Assembly (NCBI GenBank): GCA_964584335.1
Contig: CAZOZN010000003.1
Span: 137,688 to 201,687, forward strand
Reading direction: 5' to 3'
Origin: an uncultured archaeon
GTDB lineage: Archaea > Aenigmatarchaeota > Aenigmatarchaeia > PWEA01 > JAGHBM01
Length of the DNA stretch: 64,000 nt
Part shown: positions 58,916 through 64,000 of the stretch, one piece after another
Numbering within the stretch: position 1 is the stretch's first letter
Layout of the letters: every line of letters begins with the position of its first letter
The notes under the pieces: model-generated
What the model was told of the DNA's origin: nothing
Seen by the model: only the letters and a program-made list of their open reading frames with translations
The model's database searches: none
Translations under genes and position numbers: made by a program

Positions 58916-59464
58916 TTACCTTCTTTCAAGTAGTTCTCTTTTTTTTGTTTCTACCGAATTTTCATAGTATCTATCTATTCCCCTTCCTATAATCTCAGAT
59001 ATATCAATTGCACCAAAAGTAGTTTCTGGAATTTCTTTTAATTCTCCTGTTGATGCAGTGTAATATCTTTCGTTTGATAACACTTCATTGATACCTGCCC
59101 TCAAGAAATCAGGGCTCCAATCTGGATTATATCTCTTTTTTTGCCAGAATCTTGGTATTGCTTGTTCTCTTGCTATACGATTTAGTGTTGAAGCTCTTGC
59201 ATACTCAGATTCTTCAGGCAAGTCGTAGAAACCGTTATCTCCTGTAAGTCCTTCCATTATGTCTATTACATCTTTCTTCATTTCATTACTTCTAGAAAAT
59301 TTGTATGCTTTATCTTTTGCTATATCTAGATTTAGTGTTTTCAATGCTTCGTATTCTGCTTCTTTTTGAGTTGCTTCTTCTGTATCGATATTAGTTCTTT
59401 GGCTGTTAATTCTAGAAGCGTTTGCTGCCGGTCCTACTATCGGTAGATATTGTAAAAAACTCAT
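58916..59464 (-). CDS. hypothetical soluble protein
   Basis: 182-aa ORF with strong GGAGGTG RBS. Confidence 0.75.
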   Translation of the reverse strand: MSFLQYLPIVGPAANASRINSQRTNIDTEEATQKEAEYEALKTLNLDIAKDKAYKFSRSNEMKKDVIDIMEGLTGDNGFYDLPEESEYARASTLNRIAREQAIPRFWQKKRYNPDWSPDFLRAGINEVLSNERYYTASTGELKEIPETTFGAIDISEIIGRGIDRYYENSVETKKRELLERR

Positions 59465-59500
59465 TCTCTACACCTCCTTTGATTTTTTAAAATCATAAAA

Positions 59501-60172
59501 TCAACCATACATTCCCCTATTGTCATCATAGTTCTTTTCATTTTCTGAAGCCTTTTCGCTTATACTTTGCGGTAAATTATCTTTGGATTTATAAAAACTA
59601 TTTGCATAATGCTTTGCATGACTTTTGGTAAGATCTTCAACTGCATCGAGTCTAGACCTCACTTCCAAAAATTCATTTTCGTAATCAATACTTACTTCAC
59701 TTCCGTCTTCGCTCATATCAAGTCCGTAATTTATTCCTGCTAGAGTATCCACCAGTTTTCCTTCTGCTGATATTCCTCCGTAATATATATCGGAGTCTGC
59801 CCAGCCTGCAAGATATCCTCCCATTATAGCTCCTAATCCTGTATCACCGAATACACTGAACAGGTCATATTCTCCCATGAAGTCTACATTAGAAGCCCAG
59901 CCCTTTACTGCTGCTCTTTTTGGTTCTCCTGAACGTGGGTCACGATAAACGTTAACATCTGAACTAATACCAATAGATGCTGGAAAGTAGTAGTCTATTG
60001 GTGAAGGTTTTTTATCCTTAAAAGCGGCTTGTATTCCTGAAAAGTATTTATCCATATTCCTAACTGCTGGTCCAGTATACTCAACATATTTACCAAAAGC
60101 CTTTGTCAAGCTATCTATCTTTTGTGAATTTATAGCAATTTGTTGTGCTGGATCGTATTGGTTATTTTGCAT
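59501..60172 (-). CDS. hypothetical acidic protein
   Basis: ORF with GGGTG RBS before MQNNQ; Gly/Asp/Tyr-rich core. Confidence 0.75.
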   Translation of the reverse strand: MQNNQYDPAQQIAINSQKIDSLTKAFGKYVEYTGPAVRNMDKYFSGIQAAFKDKKPSPIDYYFPASIGISSDVNVYRDPRSGEPKRAAVKGWASNVDFMGEYDLFSVFGDTGLGAIMGGYLAGWADSDIYYGGISAEGKLVDTLAGINYGLDMSEDGSEVSIDYENEFLEVRSRLDAVEDLTKSHAKHYANSFYKSKDNLPQSISEKASENEKNYDDNRGMYG

Positions 60173-60352
60173 ATTACACACCCTATGTTATTTCACCACT
60201 TTATAGTAATATATTATCTAAACTTCCATATAAAGCTTTCGGTTTGTTGTTACTGACCGAAAATTACACTTTTTTGGCTCCTTTCTATCATATTTATAGG
60301 AATAGAAAGGATTTATACCGCCAAAGAATTAAGCTTAAAAGTTTTATTCTTT

Positions 60353-60562
60353 CTAGTAATTTAGTTTTTCCGGATTCCTTTGCGATTTTCTTATTTTCTT
60401 TTCGTAAATCCAGTCTTCTATTAATTTGATTTTATAGTCTCCTTTTTCAAATTCCAGAAAGTAGGGAAGCTCAGGTATGCCGAAGGCCCCTGAGTTTATA
60501 GAGTTTTCTTCTATTATGTTACAAAGCTTGTAAGTGTTTACTATTCTTTTAATGTCAAACAT
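60353..60562 (-). CDS. hypothetical small protein
   Basis: Abuts the DUF357 gene in the same orientation. Confidence 0.45.
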   Translation of the reverse strand: MFDIKRIVNTYKLCNIIEENSINSGAFGIPELPYFLEFEKGDYKIKLIEDWIYEKKIRKSQRNPEKLNY

Positions 60563-60817
60563 TTAATCACTTTTTGAAAGTATCCCGACATCCCTGCCTA
60601 TTTCAATATATGCCCAGGCCCAAATCAGGGCTTCAAAGCTTCTTATTAAGTCTTCTTTTTTGTAGAAGTGAAGCGAGTCGGACTGGTATGCTTTTATGTT
60701 TGTTAAAAACTCTACTCCTTTTTGGTTTAGAGCTTTTGCGTCGTCTATATTTTTCTCAAGCCTGCTCATCCATTTTTTTATCTCTTCTTTTAGATTTTTT
60801 TCTAAATTTTCTGTCAT
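60563..60817 (-). CDS. DUF357 family protein
   Basis: NI.AY..DS.HF...D.IRSFEA..WAWA; coupled to dph5 as commonly seen. Confidence 0.8.
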   Translation of the reverse strand: MTENLEKNLKEEIKKWMSRLEKNIDDAKALNQKGVEFLTNIKAYQSDSLHFYKKEDLIRSFEALIWAWAYIEIGRDVGILSKSD

Positions 60818-61539
60818 TCCAAAACCTCCTTTTCTATGGGGTGAAGATTGCCCGGTATTATTAACGAAGCCGGCGTTGGGAAATCTTTTTCTATTATTTT
60901 TTCAATTGTATCGTAAGTAACAACACCCCTTTCTCTTGAAACAAATACAATTACTTTGTCTTCTTTTTTAATTATATTTTCTTTCCTTTTTTTCTCTATC
61001 TTTAAAAGGTATTTAAGAGCATCCTTTGGTTCCATGAGTTTTTTCTTTATATCCAGAAGACATAATGTGTGAAGACCTCTTTCCTTGTTTTCCTTTATGG
61101 AATCATATGGGCTTTCGGGTTCATAACCCCTTTCTGTAAAGGGTATTGTTGTCGTCTTACCGAATTTGTATATGAAAAGCCCCGTTTCTCCAAGTGCCGA
61201 ATATATAGAGGGTGCATGAACCACTTTTGTTTTTATTCCCTTTTTCTTTGCCTCTATTATAAGGTCTATATGGGTTGTAGCTACAAGGGGGTCTCCAGGA
61301 AATAGTATGCCTATTTTCTTGCTAAGCGCTTCATCCAGAATTTTTTTTTGGTTTTCTTCGAGGTCACTTCTTTTTACCTCTTCTATTTCTTTGTCCAGTT
61401 TCACCTTCAGGTTTTCAAGACCGAACCACCCCGAGGTGTACAATTCAATATAAAGCTTGTCACAGTTCTTTGCGCTTTCCAGTCCCCTTAATGTCATGTC
61501 TTTTTCATCGTACAGGCCCAAGCCTATTAGATACAACAT
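60814..61539 (-). CDS. dph5: diphthine synthase
   Basis: MLYLIGLGL, E.YTS, GDPLVATTH, YKFGKTTT, HTLCLLDI. Confidence 0.94.
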   Translation of the reverse strand: MLYLIGLGLYDEKDMTLRGLESAKNCDKLYIELYTSGWFGLENLKVKLDKEIEEVKRSDLEENQKKILDEALSKKIGILFPGDPLVATTHIDLIIEAKKKGIKTKVVHAPSIYSALGETGLFIYKFGKTTTIPFTERGYEPESPYDSIKENKERGLHTLCLLDIKKKLMEPKDALKYLLKIEKKRKENIIKKEDKVIVFVSRERGVVTYDTIEKIIEKDFPTPASLIIPGNLHPIEKEVLE

Positions 61540-61594
61540 ATTATCAATTAAGTTATGTGGATAAAAACTTTAATAAGCAAAAAATATTCCTGAT

Positions 61595-62683
61595 TTATTC
61601 CAAAAGGCTTTGTATAACTTTTCTCGGATTAAATCTTTCCAGGTCTTTGTATTCCTGCCCGGTTCCTATGTAAAGTATTGGTTTCTTTATCGTATGCGAC
61701 ACGGATAGTGCTGCACCCCCTTTATCGTTAACATCCATCTTTGTAAGTATTATACCATCAACCCCCACTGTGTCTTCGAATGCTCTTGCCTGTTCAACTG
61801 CGTCGTTTCCTGTTAAAGAGTCTATTACAAGTATTTTCATGTCGGGATTGTTCACTTTTATTATCTTCTCCAGTTCTTTCATAAGATTAACGTTAGTGTG
61901 TGTCCTTCCTGCTGTATCAGCAAGAACAACATCTATTTTCTTTGATTTTGCATGTTTTACTGCATCAAATATTACAGCTGCAGAATCCGCTCCATAGTCG
62001 TGTTTTATTACCGGAAGTTTCAATTTTTTCCCGTGTTTTTCAAGCTGGTTTATTGCTGCAGCTCTCCAAGTATCACCTGCTGCCATGTTAACAGAAAGAC
62101 CTTCTTCCTTTAGTAGGTGCGCCAGTCTTGCTATCGCAGTTGTCTTTCCGGAACCATTAAACCCGAGAAATAAAATTACGAAAGGTTTATTTTTTTCTAT
62201 TTCCATGAGGAGATTTACCTGTTCCTGGTCCAGTATATCGAATAATGATTTTTTGATATTTTCTTCTATTGTGTTTTTTATTTCTTTTTTGCTGAGTTCT
62301 CTTCCCACGAGACTTTCTTTTAGGTCTTTGCATATTTTTTCTGCTGTTTCCAGTGCAACATCTGATTCAAGAAGGGATATCTGAAAGTCCCATATCAGAT
62401 TCTCTATGTCTTTTTCTTTTATTTTGTTTTTCTTGAATATCTTGAATTTCTTCTCTTTTTTTTCATCCGGTGCTTTCTTTTCGGGCTCTTTCTTTTCCTC
62501 TTTTTTTGGTTCCTCTTTTTTGGATTCTTTTTTTTCTTGGGGCACCTCTTCTATTTTTTCGGATTTTTTTTCTATATGAACTGTCATCTCTTCAGGAGGC
62601 TTTTCCTTATCTACCTCTTCCTCTACCTTGTTGGTCAGCTTGCTTATATTTTCCTTCAATTTCTTCTTTAAAAATCCGAACAT
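61595..62683 (-). CDS. ftsY: signal recognition particle receptor FtsY
   Basis: GFNGSGKTT, DTWRAAA..QL, DTAGR, TKMD, GTGQ.Y.DL; Lys/Glu-rich N-terminus. Confidence 0.95.
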   Translation of the reverse strand: MFGFLKKKLKENISKLTNKVEEEVDKEKPPEEMTVHIEKKSEKIEEVPQEKKESKKEEPKKEEKKEPEKKAPDEKKEKKFKIFKKNKIKEKDIENLIWDFQISLLESDVALETAEKICKDLKESLVGRELSKKEIKNTIEENIKKSLFDILDQEQVNLLMEIEKNKPFVILFLGFNGSGKTTAIARLAHLLKEEGLSVNMAAGDTWRAAAINQLEKHGKKLKLPVIKHDYGADSAAVIFDAVKHAKSKKIDVVLADTAGRTHTNVNLMKELEKIIKVNNPDMKILVIDSLTGNDAVEQARAFEDTVGVDGIILTKMDVNDKGGAALSVSHTIKKPILYIGTGQEYKDLERFNPRKVIQSLLE

Positions 62684-62731
62684 AAGAACCACTGTTTTAT
62701 ATAGAATCTTGTTTCTATAAAAGCATTATTT

Positions 62732-62995
62732 TCAAAATATTTTTAGGCTGATATATTTCCTGCTTATATTGTTTCTTATAGATAATTTGTATTTTTTCTT
62801 GTAAGGTGCTCTATCATTTGACATATTATTTAATTTTTCTATGGCTTTTTTTGGTGGATGATTTCTAAATGTCTCGAATACTTCATTTTGTATGCCTATT
62901 TCATATATTTTATCTATTGTGTCATCACTAATCGAGGGGTTGTATTCTGTTATTTTCATAAATTCTTTTGAGAAATCGTCTTTTTTTATCCCCAT
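62732..62995 (-). CDS. hypothetical protein
   Basis: 87-aa ORF directly after the sortase gene. Confidence 0.45.
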   Translation of the reverse strand: MGIKKDDFSKEFMKITEYNPSISDDTIDKIYEIGIQNEVFETFRNHPPKKAIEKLNNMSNDRAPYKKKYKLSIRNNISRKYISLKIF

Positions 62996-63000
62996 GTTTC

Positions 63001-63501
63001 TTATTTGTTTTTGGATTTATTAATTTCTAACTTTTCCCATCCTAACCACAAAAACAAAACAAGAAATATCATTGAAATTTGCCATAAAAAGTCGTGCAGT
63101 ATTTCGAAAATACCCGGATTTGATATTCCTACCCAAACCATAAGGATTATTCTAATTAAGTTTAAAGAAAAAAATATGGGCAGCGTTATAAATATTCCCA
63201 GAAATTTCTTTTTTAATTTTGAATCTGTAGCAACAATGAGTGAAAATAAGAACAACATACCTTTCCATCCAGTACAATCTTTGCTTATAAAGAAAGCGAA
63301 ATTCTCTGACAATATGTTAAATCCGTCTCTGGTTGATGCTATGCCTATTGAGTTAAGAATCCAAACCGCTGAATTTGTTGTAAATTCTTGTAATAGGGAA
63401 AAATCAACACCGAACCATATTATCAAATATAGCGGTATTGAAAGTATCAACAGTTTTGTAAGAAATATCTGGGTTTTTTTCAGTTTGTCTTTTTTAATCA
63501 T
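63001..63501 (-). CDS. archaeosortase/exosortase-family protein
   Basis: Catalytic triad-like CTG, NLIRI and LHD in a multi-TM protein. Confidence 0.82.
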   Translation of the reverse strand: MIKKDKLKKTQIFLTKLLILSIPLYLIIWFGVDFSLLQEFTTNSAVWILNSIGIASTRDGFNILSENFAFFISKDCTGWKGMLFLFSLIVATDSKLKKKFLGIFITLPIFFSLNLIRIILMVWVGISNPGIFEILHDFLWQISMIFLVLFLWLGWEKLEINKSKNK

Positions 63502-64000
63502 TGGACCTCTTCCTGTATTTTTTAATCCATTCTACGAAACTATTTTTCTCCGCTTTCTTTAATTTTTCTGGGTTAATTTTACCGCAATTTTTTGATATTT
63601 TTATATTGATTTCGTTTTTATCCAGCACGCTTATATCGTGTTTTTCTATTTCTTCCTTTATTTTTTTTGGAAAGTTTCCTATTATAATCTCGATATTTTT
63701 TTCTTTTAGTTTTTCTATGGTTTTTTTGTCTATTCTGGAGTAATTTTTGAAGTATAAAACGTCTTTCTCTATTCCTAACTTTTTTTCAGCTTTGTTTAGT
63801 TCTTCGATGCTCGAATCTTTTATTATCTTGACTGGTATTAGCCCTTCTTTTCTTATCTTTTCTGTCTCCCTTAGAGTTTTTATTAATTTTTTGAGTTTTC
63901 TTATTTTTTTTGTTTTTTCTTTTATCCTATTTTCAAGATTTTTTGTTTTGTAGTCGGTTTTTTTTATTTTCTTCTTTTTTACAGGTTTTTTTATTTTTTT
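63494..64000 (-). CDS. C-terminal part of a Lys-rich coiled-coil protein (DUF460-like), runs off the window
   Basis: 169 uninterrupted codons ending ...FVEWIKKYRKRSND*; absent from the ORF track because its start is outside the window. Confidence 0.6.
   Translation of the reverse strand, partial: KKIKKPVKKKKIKKTDYKTKNLENRIKEKTKKIRKLKKLIKTLRETEKIRKEGLIPVKIIKDSSIEELNKAEKKLGIEKDVLYFKNYSRIDKKTIEKLKEKNIEIIIGNFPKKIKEEIEKHDISVLDKNEINIKISKNCGKINPEKLKKAEKNSFVEWIKKYRKRSND

Noticed and set aside
1659-63953. Numerous antisense and nested ORFs in the track (Ser/Phe/Ile-rich)
   Set aside because: Shadow frames of Lys/Glu-rich real genes in an AT-rich genome
63494-64000. T-rich low-complexity end of the window as a possible repeat
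   Set aside because: It is the reverse complement of an open Lys-rich coding frame

Overview
AT-rich, gene-dense archaeal chromosome segment. It is most likely from a DPANN lineage (inference from the fused PriS-PriL primase, a single-fold histone, compact operons and many lineage-specific membrane ORFs; Aenigmarchaeota-like is a guess). It carries mostly information-processing genes: aIF-5A, histone, AspRS, CysRS, RNase HII, uL16, eS19, eL39, eL31, eS31, uS15, eS1, Kae1, Bud32, Dph2, Dph5, aCPSF1, PsmB, CCA-adding enzyme, Rpp21, FtsY and SepF. ORFans are interleaved among them, and there is a redox/stress cluster at 35-42 kb. No rRNA, CRISPR array, transposase or integrase was seen. The most notable signals are not in the ORF track. 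(1) A ~245-nt, multi-helix, G-U-rich, UUCG-capped putative ncRNA transcribed divergently from the fused primase (29867-30111, minus), plus a smaller UUCG double-hairpin RNA (34467-34534, minus). (2) A co-oriented seven-gene locus built around a tandem array of paralogous uncharacterised multi-TM proteins (55960-60172). (3) tRNA-iMet with a D-loop intron and tRNA-Cys with two non-canonical introns. (4) A three-hairpin 5' leader of rps15. (5) A stem-closed C/D-like element containing a perfect Shine-Dalgarno sequence. (6) An unannotated 47-aa SWIB-like protein. All family calls and RNA folds were made by eye, without database searches or folding software.
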